From Methanobacteriota archaeon (GTDB lineage: Archaea > Thermoplasmatota > Thermoplasmata > SG8-5 > JAGLSY01), in the NCBI GenBank assembly GCA_020697715.1, contig JAEHCO010000003.1, positions 160,001 through 224,000 on the forward strand: a stretch of 64,000 bases of DNA, in the 5' to 3' direction. This document shows, piece after piece, positions 47,273 through 57,125 of this stretch. Numbering within the stretch: position 1 is the stretch's first letter; each line of letters starts with the position of its first letter. The notes beneath the pieces are model-generated. The model worked only from the letters and a program-made list of their open reading frames with translations, was not told the origin of the DNA and made no database searches. Both the position numbers and the translations under genes were made by a program.

Positions 47273-49396
47273 ATGGAATTCGGTAATGCCCTTGTGAACA
47301 TCAGTCTTATTCTTTCTATAATTGGTATAGTTCTATCAATACTCAGAATAAAGACCAAGCAGGACAATTTCGAGCAATATGCCAGGATGGTTTCATTACT
47401 TCTTTTCATCACCGTGTCAGCCACTCTGCTTTACCTGTATATATTGTTCATCACTTCCGATCTTTCCGTATTGTATGTATGGACCTACACTGATAGTTCA
47501 TACTCACTCGTCTACAAGCTCTCTGGAGTGCTGGCCGGTATGGACGGCTCCCTCCTATTTTGGATATGGCTGGTCATTCTCCCATGGTTCTATGAGGAGA
47601 TGAAGGCCATAAAAAAGCCAAAGGACACCGATCTTATGGATTGGACCAGGGTATTTCTTTTTGGCGTGATGGCTGTTCTATTGCTCATATTGTCAGTTCA
47701 CGAGATATTCTCATTAACACCACCAGAATATCTAAGTTATAGGCCAGATGGAAATGGTATGAACCCGATATTACAGACCTTCCTCATGGCTATCCACCCG
47801 CCCATAGTTTTCGTTGCCTATGGTCTCTTCGCCATGCCCTTCGCGGCTGGCCTGGCCTTCCTCGTTACCGGCAATACGAAATGGACCGACCTCTGTATAA
47901 ACTGGAGCCGGATAGGCTGGTTCTTCCTGACATTGGGAATTGGGATAGGGGCCTTGTGGGCTTATGTCGTCCTTGGTTGGGGAGGTTATTGGGGATGGGA
48001 TCCGGTCGAGACCTCTTCATTATTGCCGTGGATATTGCTCACTGGCTTCCTGCACGTGCAGTTGATGTACAGGCGTAAAAAGGATTATCCGATACTTGCA
48101 CCGCTCCTTGGTATCTTCAGTTTCATATTGGTGATATTCGCCACCTTCGCAACACGCGCGGGAGGTCTCTGGGTGTCCGTTCATACCTTTGGACAGGCCG
48201 ATGTCAGTATCGATGCCTTCACAAGATTCAAGGACGTGATGGCTGAAAGTGATACAGTTCCCTATTATTTCGCCATGATGATAGGCATGATCGTTCTGGC
48301 TGCCATACTGGTGATGTACAGACAGAGAAAAATGAGATCCAGCCTATCTGACGAAGAGAAGTCCTACACCCTCTCTGAATTGATAAATGACGATATTCTC
48401 ATGCTGGGCACATCCTTCCTGCTTATTCTTCTAACCGCTGTGACCATGCTTATCCTGGTAAGGGGTATTAATGGTCTGGCTCCAGAGAATTTTGATGGGC
48501 CAGTTGGTATCTTGACATTGATACTGATACTCGTGATGGTCGTTTGTATCAGCTGGAGAGTTCTTGGAAAGAAACTCGTCACCCAGCTTTTGTTCGTGAC
48601 CATTATGATATCCGCCATAATGATGGCCATATATCCTGGTAAAGTGATCGCGGCCGGAGCCTTTCCGATACTCATCGCAGCTCTAGTGATGATATCTTAT
48701 TCAATTATCAAGAAATATAATTCAAAGAATCCGTGGCAGTCATTGAAACTCATTTCGGCTCACCTTATCCATCTGGCAGTGGTCCTTCTTGTGATCGGCT
48801 ATGTGGGTAGTAGCTTCATGGCCTCGGAACAAAGTGTGGAAATACACATTGGAGAAGAAGTGGAAGCTATGGGATACTCCTTCGAGGTGGTAGGGACCGA
48901 GCCAGCAGAGGATTTCATATATGTGGATGTTAACATTTACAAGGATGGTGATTTCATTGGAAAGGCGAGACCCGGAATATCTATAATCGATGGTACTAGT
49001 CGATCTGAGATAGATGTCAAGGACACCTTGCTGGAAGATATTTACATCATCTATGATTTCAATGCAGATTCATTCAATCATGGAGCAGTAGATCTTGAGA
49101 TCAAGATACTGCCTCTGATGAAATGCCTGTGGGGTGGAATGTGGCTGATGTCCATTGGTATCATATTACGTGTCGCACTTGAGATACTTCTGCCAAGAAA
49201 GAGAAAGACAGGCGAAGCACTGGACAAGGACAATGATGATACCGTCAAAGAGATGATTGAGGATCCTGGTGACCGACAATCCGATAAGATCGAGCCAATT
49301 GAGACCAAGGAAAAGGTCAAGTCATCCGAGGTAAAGGATGACGCCCACTACGAGGCCATGCTGGAGGCCGAGTTGGATGGAACAGATAGTGAATGA
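47273..49396 (+). CDS. ccmF: Cytochrome c heme lyase CcmF
   Basis: GSLLFW, G.GMNPILQ...MAIHPP, WAY..LGWGGYWGWDPVETSSLLPW, SVHTF. Confidence 0.96.
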   Translation: MEFGNALVNISLILSIIGIVLSILRIKTKQDNFEQYARMVSLLLFITVSATLLYLYILFITSDLSVLYVWTYTDSSYSLVYKLSGVLAGMDGSLLFWIWLVILPWFYEEMKAIKKPKDTDLMDWTRVFLFGVMAVLLLILSVHEIFSLTPPEYLSYRPDGNGMNPILQTFLMAIHPPIVFVAYGLFAMPFAAGLAFLVTGNTKWTDLCINWSRIGWFFLTLGIGIGALWAYVVLGWGGYWGWDPVETSSLLPWILLTGFLHVQLMYRRKKDYPILAPLLGIFSFILVIFATFATRAGGLWVSVHTFGQADVSIDAFTRFKDVMAESDTVPYYFAMMIGMIVLAAILVMYRQRKMRSSLSDEEKSYTLSELINDDILMLGTSFLLILLTAVTMLILVRGINGLAPENFDGPVGILTLILILVMVVCISWRVLGKKLVTQLLFVTIMISAIMMAIYPGKVIAAGAFPILIAALVMISYSIIKKYNSKNPWQSLKLISAHLIHLAVVLLVIGYVGSSFMASEQSVEIHIGEEVEAMGYSFEVVGTEPAEDFIYVDVNIYKDGDFIGKARPGISIIDGTSRSEIDVKDTLLEDIYIIYDFNADSFNHGAVDLEIKILPLMKCLWGGMWLMSIGIILRVALEILLPRKRKTGEALDKDNDDTVKEMIEDPGDRQSDKIEPIETKEKVKSSEVKDDAHYEAMLEAELDGTDSE

Positions 49397-49504
49397 TCCA
49401 ACAACTCTTTAGGCCCTTATCTATTCTAATCGATATTCCTTAATATAAGGTTGATAATGTGGGCTGATAGTTATCAAATATCATCCGGTATATGAGTTGA
49501 GCCT

Positions 49505-50803
49505 ATGGGAAAGGATAAGAAACCCGAGATAAAGAAACCCAAATCACAGGTATCCGATCTGGTCAAGAACAAGGCACCTTATCTTGATGACCTGACCGCC
49601 TGCATGCAGTGTGGTTACTGTCAATCTGTTTGCCCGGTCTATGAAGAGGGTAAATGGGAGTCCCTTTCACCCAGAGGCAAATTATTCTTAATGAAGGATC
49701 TTACAAGCAAGAACAGCGCTCTCCAGAGAATACTTGGAAAGAAGCTCACTAACAAGATCACTGGCTCTGTTGAGATAGATCATGAAGAGTTCATGAATGC
49801 CATTTATAGATGCACACTCTGCAGCAGATGTGAAACAGTTTGTCATGTTGAGATCGAATTCCATGAGTACTGGGATCATCTGAGAGAATGGATGGTGAAG
49901 AATGGCATCAGGCCTCCGGAAAACACTGTCAACATGTACAAGGACATTGCCAATACTGATTTTAATAATCCCTTCAAGGAAACGAAGGACAAGAGGGACG
50001 AATGGTACAGGGATGATTATCCAGAACTGCCAGCCACCGCGGAAGTGGTATATTATATTGGATGTATGACCTCCTTCTATGAATATCAGGTTCTACTGAA
50101 CACCATGAAGATCTTCACGAAGGCTGGAGTGAATTTCACAACCCTCGGACAGGAAGAGGTTTGCTGCAGTGCGATAAACGTCATGACTGGCCAGACCGAG
50201 AACTTTGCCGATATTGCCAAGCGCAATGTCGATGCCATCAAGAAGAGAGGGGCAAAGAGAGTTGTGACCGGATGCCCAGGATGCTTCCGCGCCCTCAGAA
50301 AATATAAGAAATTCGTTGATTATGATTTCGAGGTCATTCACACTATCGACCTGTTACACGAGGTCGTCACCCAGGGCAAATTGGAATGGAAGAAGGATTT
50401 CAAATCAAAACAATTGCCAGTCATATACCATGATCCATGCGAATTGGGTCGAATACTGGAGTTCGAGGACAAGCCCCGATATGATCAGCCAAGAGAGATA
50501 TTATTGGCTGTTCCTGGAATAGACGAGGTCCTGGAGTTCCCCACCAATAAGCTGGACAGTGCTTGCTGTGGTGGAGGTGGTGGATTGAAGGCCACTGACT
50601 ATGACCTCAGTGCGCAGATAGCCCTGAAAAAGGTGGAGGCCGCTATCGAGATCGGAGCCAAGACCATTGTGTCCACTTGCCCCAATTGTAAGAACCAGAT
50701 CGGTGTCGCGGTGGAAATGAAGAAGGCCGAGCTGAAAAAGCAGGGTGAGAAGTTCAAGATGAACGTGATGGATGTTACTGACGTAGTTTCCAAATCCATT
50801 TGA
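49505..50803 (+). CDS. 2[4Fe-4S] plus two CCG-domain protein (HdrD/GlcF-like)
   Basis: CMQCGYCQSVCP, SPRGK, CTLCSRCETVC, GC, CCS, CPGC, YHDPCELGR, CCGGGGG, CPNC. Confidence 0.9.
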   Translation: MGKDKKPEIKKPKSQVSDLVKNKAPYLDDLTACMQCGYCQSVCPVYEEGKWESLSPRGKLFLMKDLTSKNSALQRILGKKLTNKITGSVEIDHEEFMNAIYRCTLCSRCETVCHVEIEFHEYWDHLREWMVKNGIRPPENTVNMYKDIANTDFNNPFKETKDKRDEWYRDDYPELPATAEVVYYIGCMTSFYEYQVLLNTMKIFTKAGVNFTTLGQEEVCCSAINVMTGQTENFADIAKRNVDAIKKRGAKRVVTGCPGCFRALRKYKKFVDYDFEVIHTIDLLHEVVTQGKLEWKKDFKSKQLPVIYHDPCELGRILEFEDKPRYDQPREILLAVPGIDEVLEFPTNKLDSACCGGGGGLKATDYDLSAQIALKKVEAAIEIGAKTIVSTCPNCKNQIGVAVEMKKAELKKQGEKFKMNVMDVTDVVSKSI

Positions 50804-50817
50804 TCGGTGGTCCGATA

Positions 50818-51813
50818 ATGGTGAAATTGTTCCGTCTTGGAGATATTTTTTGGGAAGATACTCAATTGATATACCATGCTCTGGCCAATCTCAATATCGA
50901 GGCATTGGTGCTTGATTCTCCCAAAGAGGAGTATGTTTGCCTTGGTTTTCATCAGAATCCAGATGATGAGTTGGATCTGGAGTATTGCGATCGGAACAAT
51001 ATAGGTGTGTTCCGGAGGGAGATCGGTGGTGGTTCGGTCTGGCTGGATAATCGCCAGGTGTTCTACAATATCATATTGAGAAAGGACAATCCCATTGTGC
51101 CAAGGCTGACACAGAACTACTTCTCCAAATTCCTCAAGCCAGTTGTTTCCGTATGCAGGAACCTGGGCATGGAAGCTGAATTCAACCCCATCTGCGATAT
51201 CTTGGCCAGTGGCAGGAAGTTCTCCGGGAACGGAGGTGGCGAGATAGGCGAGTGCAAGGTGATCGCTGGCGGCCTTCTTCTGGATTTTGAATTTGACAAA
51301 ATGGCGAATATCATGAACCTCAATTCCTCAATGAAGGATCATTTCAGAGAGAGTATGGATAATAATCTGACAACGATACAGAATGAGATGGGCCAGACTC
51401 CTTCAAAAAATGAGATATTTGATGGTCTTATCAGAGAATTCGAGGATATTCTGGGCCCCTTCGAAATATCTTCCATCACCCCGGAGATCCGTGCGGAGAT
51501 GGATCGCTTGAGATCCTATTATTTTTCAGATAAATGGATGCACCAGAGAGGGGTGAACAACCTTGGCAGGGAGATCAAGGTCAGGGAAGGATATTACATC
51601 CTGGGTGTGGATGTGAACTTCAAGGGTGATGATCACCATCTTGCCATATTCTCGGAAGATGGCCAAGTCAGTGAACTGAAGATAACTGGCGATGGATCTA
51701 CGGATAGAATTGAGGATCAAATTGAGCTAAAAAAGAGATTGTCCACTATTATCAAAATGGACTATGATCAAAGAAAAATAATAAATGCGATTAGTGACAT
51801 GATATACCTGTAA
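50818..51813 (+). CDS. Lipoate/octanoate-protein ligase (LplA catalytic domain)
   Basis: VCLGFHQ....E, RREIGGGSVWLD, DI...GRKFSGNG, LL.DF. Confidence 0.88.
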   Translation: MVKLFRLGDIFWEDTQLIYHALANLNIEALVLDSPKEEYVCLGFHQNPDDELDLEYCDRNNIGVFRREIGGGSVWLDNRQVFYNIILRKDNPIVPRLTQNYFSKFLKPVVSVCRNLGMEAEFNPICDILASGRKFSGNGGGEIGECKVIAGGLLLDFEFDKMANIMNLNSSMKDHFRESMDNNLTTIQNEMGQTPSKNEIFDGLIREFEDILGPFEISSITPEIRAEMDRLRSYYFSDKWMHQRGVNNLGREIKVREGYYILGVDVNFKGDDHHLAIFSEDGQVSELKITGDGSTDRIEDQIELKKRLSTIIKMDYDQRKIINAISDMIYL

Positions 51814-51834
51814 TGATAACAGGGAGGCTGAAGT

Positions 51835-52266
51835 ATGCTGGTTATAAATGACATGAAATTCCCGCTTGACAGGAAATATTACACGAAGAATGGAGCCCAT
51901 ATGTGGCTCGCTGAAGACAATGGCCAGATAAAGCTTGGTCTGGATGCCTTTGCCTCGGAGATGGCAGGCTTCCTCACATTCTTCGCTGTGACCTCGGAAG
52001 AGCCGAATGTGGGAGAGGCCATTGGCAGTTTTGAATCTGCCAAGTTCGTCAGCCGATTTTATTCCCCGATAAGTGGAAAGATCGTGGAGGTCAATAAAGC
52101 CGCGATGGCCAATCCCAAGTTGATCAATGACGATCCCTATTCCGCATGGATAGTGGCTATAGAACCACGCGATATTTCCGAATTGGATTCCGAGTTCATC
52201 ATAGAGGGCGAGGAAAAGGTCAGCCAATGGATACATGAGGAATTAAGAAAGATGGAGGAGGAATGA
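51835..52266 (+). CDS. Lipoyl carrier protein (GcvH/LbpA-like)
   Basis: H.W, G.D.FA...AG, ESAK (lipoyl Lys), SP.SG.IVEVN, INDDPY..W. Confidence 0.88.
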   Translation: MLVINDMKFPLDRKYYTKNGAHMWLAEDNGQIKLGLDAFASEMAGFLTFFAVTSEEPNVGEAIGSFESAKFVSRFYSPISGKIVEVNKAAMANPKLINDDPYSAWIVAIEPRDISELDSEFIIEGEEKVSQWIHEELRKMEEE

Positions 52267-53306
52267 CCTTCATGGAAAGCCCTGGATATGTTAGGATAAG
52301 TACTGCAGCCGCCATGACACTGAAGCTTGTTCCTGGCAAGTTCAATAGAGGCGAAAAGTTAGGATGCCTCAATCTCCTGATACATTATGATGAAGGATGC
52401 AGGGCGAATTGCAGTTACTGTGGTCTTTCCGGTACAAGAGATGCTGTGACCGATGACCCATCTTCCGATACATTTATCAGAGTGGACTGGCCACTTGTGG
52501 AAATTGATGATATAATCCGCAGGGCGAATGAACACGCACCTCATCTTCAAAGGGTGTGTGTTTCCATGATCACTCACAATAAATCCTTCGATGATATGAT
52601 ATCCATCATGAATAAGTTCAAGGAAGAGACCGATCTGAGCATAAGTGGCCTGATCGCTCCAACCATGATGATGGACATTGACAGTGCGTTCAAGATCAAG
52701 AAGGCGGGAGCTGACATGATAGGTGTCGCGATAGACGCTGCCACCCCGGAACTATTTGACGAGATGAGAGGTAGCGGCGTGATGGGCCCACATAGTTGGG
52801 ATCATTACTGGCAGGTGCTGGATTGGTGTGTGGATGTGTTCGGAAAGGGAATGGTAGGTATCCATATCATCGTGGGTCTTGGAGAGACGGAAGAGGAAAT
52901 GATATCCGTCATCCAGAAGGCGCAGGATAAGGGAGCGAAGACCCATCTTTTCTCCTTCTTCCCGGAGGGTGGAAGCTCCATGAGCAAATGGCTCCAACCT
53001 TCATATGGCAGGTACAGGAGGGTTCAATTGGCCAGATACATAATCAATGAAGAGATATCCGATATGGGCCAGATGAAATTCGATAGTGAGGGTCAATTAA
53101 TAGATTTTGGTATAAATATCAATCCAATTGTGAATGAGGGAATTGCATTCATGACCTCCGGATGTGCTGGAAGTGATGGCATGGTGGCTTGCAATCGCCC
53201 GTATGGAAATGAAAGGCCTTCCAATCCTATTCGAAATTATGCCTTCATACCTGAGGAAAGGGACGTCAAGCAAATATGGTCGCAGATATTCGATTACACA
53301 GAATGA
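52263..53306 (+). CDS. lipS2: Radical SAM sulfur insertase, LipS2-type
   Basis: CRANCSYC and C-terminal TSGC.......ACNRP, a variant of the TXGCPXC(N/D)RP motif. LipS1/LipS2 numbering follows my recall of the Thermococcus motif definitions. Confidence 0.75.
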   Translation: MTFMESPGYVRISTAAAMTLKLVPGKFNRGEKLGCLNLLIHYDEGCRANCSYCGLSGTRDAVTDDPSSDTFIRVDWPLVEIDDIIRRANEHAPHLQRVCVSMITHNKSFDDMISIMNKFKEETDLSISGLIAPTMMMDIDSAFKIKKAGADMIGVAIDAATPELFDEMRGSGVMGPHSWDHYWQVLDWCVDVFGKGMVGIHIIVGLGETEEEMISVIQKAQDKGAKTHLFSFFPEGGSSMSKWLQPSYGRYRRVQLARYIINEEISDMGQMKFDSEGQLIDFGININPIVNEGIAFMTSGCAGSDGMVACNRPYGNERPSNPIRNYAFIPEERDVKQIWSQIFDYTE

Positions 53307-53340
53307 TGGATAGATCCAGTCAATATTTTAAAGGGATAAA

Positions 53341-54894
53341 ATGAAAAAACTCACCTTACTGGACACCGGCATGATGACCGCGGCCCAGAATATCGCACTT
53401 GATGAAATCCTTCTGCAATTAAGAAATGAGGATAAGATACCCGATACACTGCGGCTTCTTCAGTTCAAGCCGCATTCTGTGCTTGTCGGATACCACCAGA
53501 GCATTGAGCAGGAAGTGAGGATCGAATTTTGTCAGCAGAATGGCATCGATATAAATCGCCGGATAACTGGTGGCGGGACCATATACCTGGACGAGCCTCA
53601 GATCGGATGGGAATTGATCGCATCCAGATGGGACCCGGACATTCCGAAAGATATTGACAAATTATATGCCAAGGTCTCCGAGGGCGCTGTCCAGGGTTTG
53701 AAGAACCTGGGCGTGGAAGCCGAATTCCGACCTCGGAATGATATCGAGGTCGATGGAAAGAAGATATCTGGCACTGGTGGTTCTTTTGAAGCCAATGCTT
53801 TCTTTTTCCAAGGCACTCTTTTAACGGATTTCGATGTCGAGACCATGATCCGGGCTTTGATGATACCCCTGGAGAAACTGAAGGCCAAGGAACTGGAATC
53901 CGCAAAAGAAAGAGTAACTTGCCTGAAGTGGGAGCTGGACGAACTTCCATCGATCCAGGCCATCAAGGAAGCCATTGTCAAGGGTTTTGCCGATGTCTTC
54001 GATGTGGAGATCGAAGAGAGGGAACTAACACCATTGGAGCTTCAGATATTGGAGGAAAGAACATCGAAATTCGAAAAACCGGATTGGATATACGGCATAA
54101 GGAGGCCAGTGGAGTCCCGCCAAGTTATTCGATCCATATACAAAGCACCTGGTGGCCTGATACGCTCCAGCTTGATCGTGGACATTCCGAACAAGAGGAT
54201 CCAGGCGGCTCTCATAACAGGTGATTTCTTCATATTCCCTAATCGTACGGTTCTGGACTTGGAAGCGTCCTTGAAGGACGCCTCTATGGAGCCGGGCAAA
54301 CTCACGGCTATAATTCGTGAGTTCTTCAACTCTCGCGAAATAGAAATGCCAGGCATCCTGCCGGATGACTTTGTAAAGGCGATTCTCAAAGCAGTTCAGA
54401 AGCTGGAATACCTGGACATTGGTATTCCATTGGAGCATATCAATAAAGTATTCAGGGTGTGCGATCCTCCAATGAGCCTGAAGGATTGCAAGACCATTCT
54501 TCTCCCTTACTGCGCGAAATTACAAAAATGCGGATACAGAAGATTGAATGATTGTGCGGAATGTGGCGAGTGCGATATCGGGGATGCGTACACTTTGGCG
54601 AAGCAACTCGGGATGGAGCCCATAACGATAATCAGTTTCGAGGATCTGATGGAGAATTTAAACAGATTAAAAGTCGAGGGAGCCAGCATGTTCCTCGGTA
54701 GCTGTTGCGAGGCCTTTTATGAAAAGCATCTGGAGGATTTCGAGGAAGCCGGGCTACCGGGTTTCCTGATCGACATCGACAGCACCACCTGCTACGACCT
54801 GGGAAGGGAGCAGGATGCGTACGTGGGAGACTTCGAGAATGAGACCGAGCTGAGGCTGGAGCTCATCAAAATGGTGCTGAAGAAGATGAGCTGA
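53341..54894 (+). CDS. Lipoate-protein ligase (catalytic plus accessory domain) fused to a Cys-rich DUF116-like domain
   Basis: NIALDE, RRITGGG, RPRND...GKKISGTG, K.PGGL, ITGDFF.P; tail PYCAK..C.....C..CG.C, GSCC, CYD. Confidence 0.85.
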   Translation: MKKLTLLDTGMMTAAQNIALDEILLQLRNEDKIPDTLRLLQFKPHSVLVGYHQSIEQEVRIEFCQQNGIDINRRITGGGTIYLDEPQIGWELIASRWDPDIPKDIDKLYAKVSEGAVQGLKNLGVEAEFRPRNDIEVDGKKISGTGGSFEANAFFFQGTLLTDFDVETMIRALMIPLEKLKAKELESAKERVTCLKWELDELPSIQAIKEAIVKGFADVFDVEIEERELTPLELQILEERTSKFEKPDWIYGIRRPVESRQVIRSIYKAPGGLIRSSLIVDIPNKRIQAALITGDFFIFPNRTVLDLEASLKDASMEPGKLTAIIREFFNSREIEMPGILPDDFVKAILKAVQKLEYLDIGIPLEHINKVFRVCDPPMSLKDCKTILLPYCAKLQKCGYRRLNDCAECGECDIGDAYTLAKQLGMEPITIISFEDLMENLNRLKVEGASMFLGSCCEAFYEKHLEDFEEAGLPGFLIDIDSTTCYDLGREQDAYVGDFENETELRLELIKMVLKKMS

Positions 54895-54928
54895 AGCTGG
54901 AACTCATAAAGATGGTACTGAAGAAGAT
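54847..54928 (+). repeat. Imperfect 41-bp tandem duplication of the ligase 3' end
   Basis: 54847-54887 versus 54888-54928, five substitutions. Confidence 0.9.
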
Positions 54929-54931
54929 GGT

Positions 54932-55972
54932 CTAACTTCTACTGGCCAGAAACTTCAATCTCTTGACATATTTATCCGCTTTTTCCGGGCTAGCCAGATT
55001 CTCCTCGATAAAACCAACATCTCTCAGGCCAAGCAGACCAGCGGCTTCGAGTTTTTCATCATAAGCCTTTGCAAGATCGATATCATTATTTCCCATGTGC
55101 TCGAAGGTGATCTCCGCGGCTATCTGGCCGGATCTCATAGCATAATAAATTCCCTCGCCAGTTCCAGGATAGACAAAGCCGCCAGCATCCCCCGTTAGCA
55201 GTATTCTTCCTGATGACAATGTGCTGAGTGGGCCGGACATGGGTATGGAATGCGCTTCTTTTCTCAATAGCGTTCCTTCATCTATCTTGGGAGCGACAAG
55301 CGGATTGTTAATGAACAGCTCGATCATTCCCCAGATATCTGGCTTTCTATCGGAGAGAATGCCGATACCGACCTTGACGCCGCCTTTCATGGGGCTGATC
55401 CAGCCGTATCCGTATTCCATGAGATAATACACTTCGAACCAGTTGCCGATCCTGTCATCGACCATGTCCTCATCCAGGCTGAATTCGTACTGGGCGGATA
55501 TCGCGATCTTATCTATCTGGGTGTCGCAGACCCTTCTGGCCACGGATGCAGTTCCTTCTGCTCCGATAACATACTTTGCTTCGACATCTCCGCTTCTGCC
55601 TTTGAGCAAATAGTGATCATCCATATCCTCGATCTCAAAGATATGGTTCTTGACAACGGAATTTTTCAGATCCTTGATCAGGAATTCATCGAACTTATCT
55701 CTTTGAACGATACATCCAGGCTCTGGAAATGATGATTCAACGACATCCTTGGATGGTCCGAAGACCCTGTATCCTTTCAGCGGTCTTTCGATGATATCTT
55801 CCGGGATGTCCAAAAGTGAATGGATCTTGGGAGAAAGCACACCGGCGCATGGCTTGTTCCTGGGGAATTCCGACCTGTCTAGTATGATGTAATTCGCTCC
55901 GAGCTCTTCGAGCTTCCTCGCGGCCATCGCACCAGCGGGCCCCGAGCCCACGATCGCATAATCATGTATCAT
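54932..55972 (-). CDS. Geranylgeranyl-reductase-family FAD oxidoreductase (LipT-like by context)
   Basis: IVGSGPAG, FPR.KPC.G, GAEG..S.., GYGWI.P, GDAGG.V.P.TGEGIYYA..SG; start placed at ATG 55972. Confidence 0.8.
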   Translation of the reverse strand: MIHDYAIVGSGPAGAMAARKLEELGANYIILDRSEFPRNKPCAGVLSPKIHSLLDIPEDIIERPLKGYRVFGPSKDVVESSFPEPGCIVQRDKFDEFLIKDLKNSVVKNHIFEIEDMDDHYLLKGRSGDVEAKYVIGAEGTASVARRVCDTQIDKIAISAQYEFSLDEDMVDDRIGNWFEVYYLMEYGYGWISPMKGGVKVGIGILSDRKPDIWGMIELFINNPLVAPKIDEGTLLRKEAHSIPMSGPLSTLSSGRILLTGDAGGFVYPGTGEGIYYAMRSGQIAAEITFEHMGNNDIDLAKAYDEKLEAAGLLGLRDVGFIEENLASPEKADKYVKRLKFLASRS

Positions 55973-56074
55973 CGATATACTTGAGAGGAATATTGGATAT
56001 AAATTTTGGGTATGGTATATTGGCAAAATGGGGAAAAACTTTAAACAATATCCAGTCATCCGCGGAATGTTACA

Positions 56075-57052
56075 ATGCACAGCAATGATACAGATAATAT
56101 CAAGACCCTGCGAAATAGGGACTTGCCCTGGCTTCTTGAGAAAGCCTGGACCCTGCGAACTGCAGAATTCCCGAATGAGCTGTTAATCTCATCACCTGGG
56201 GCCAAGACATACATCACTGATCATCACAGGAATGAGAAGAATACTTTTGTCAATGTCAGTGTGACTGGCACCGACTGCGCTCTCAGCTGCGAGCATTGCA
56301 ATAAGACACTTCTCGAGACCATGGAATCCGTCAGGAGCCCGGATGAACTGATCGCTCTGGGAGATGACCTTGCATCGAAAGGCTGCGAGGGATTATTGTT
56401 GAGCGGAGGAGCTGACATACATGGCGAGGTCCCCATTCTCCAATATGGGGATGCGATAAAATATCTGAAAAACCTGGGATTGAAGATCCTCGTGCATTCC
56501 GGCCTGGCAACGAAAGAAACAGCCCGGATGTTGAAGGAATCCGGGGTGGATCAGGTCCTGCTGGACGTCATAGGTTCGGAGTCCACTCTTAGGGAAGTAT
56601 ATCATCTGGATAAGACACCGGATGATGTTTACAATTCTCTGAAAGCCCTGGTGGACGAAGGTCTGAATGTGGTACCTCATATCCTTGTGGGACTTCATTA
56701 TGGAAGGATCGATGGGGAATTCAATGCCCTCGAGATGATAATGAGAGCTGGTGTCAAACACATTGTGATAATTGTGCTCATGCCCAAGAGAGGCACGCCC
56801 ATGGAGAACTCGCCAACACCTACACCCCTGGAGGTTGGCAAGATCATCGCTGTTGGGCGCATACTGAATCCCAAAGCGAAGATAACTTTGGGATGTGCCA
56901 GGCCCGCTGGTGATGACAAGCTGATGATGGAAAAATACGCCATTCAAGGCGGGGTGAATGGCATCGCTTATGCGACGGATGAAGCAATGGATATAGCGGA
57001 AGAGCTGAATTTAACTCTGAAATTCAGCGATACTTGCTGCTCTTTGTTGTAG
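56075..57052 (+). CDS. lipS1: Radical SAM sulfur insertase, LipS1-type
   Basis: SVTG..CALSCEHC, LGCARP and terminal CC (DTCCSLL). Confidence 0.78.
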   Translation: MHSNDTDNIKTLRNRDLPWLLEKAWTLRTAEFPNELLISSPGAKTYITDHHRNEKNTFVNVSVTGTDCALSCEHCNKTLLETMESVRSPDELIALGDDLASKGCEGLLLSGGADIHGEVPILQYGDAIKYLKNLGLKILVHSGLATKETARMLKESGVDQVLLDVIGSESTLREVYHLDKTPDDVYNSLKALVDEGLNVVPHILVGLHYGRIDGEFNALEMIMRAGVKHIVIIVLMPKRGTPMENSPTPTPLEVGKIIAVGRILNPKAKITLGCARPAGDDKLMMEKYAIQGGVNGIAYATDEAMDIAEELNLTLKFSDTCCSLL

Positions 57053-57125
57053 AGCAGCTTCTGAAACCCCTAAATACCCAAACGAAAAATAGATATGTTC
57101 TGTAACCTTCTCCCATTATGAGGAA

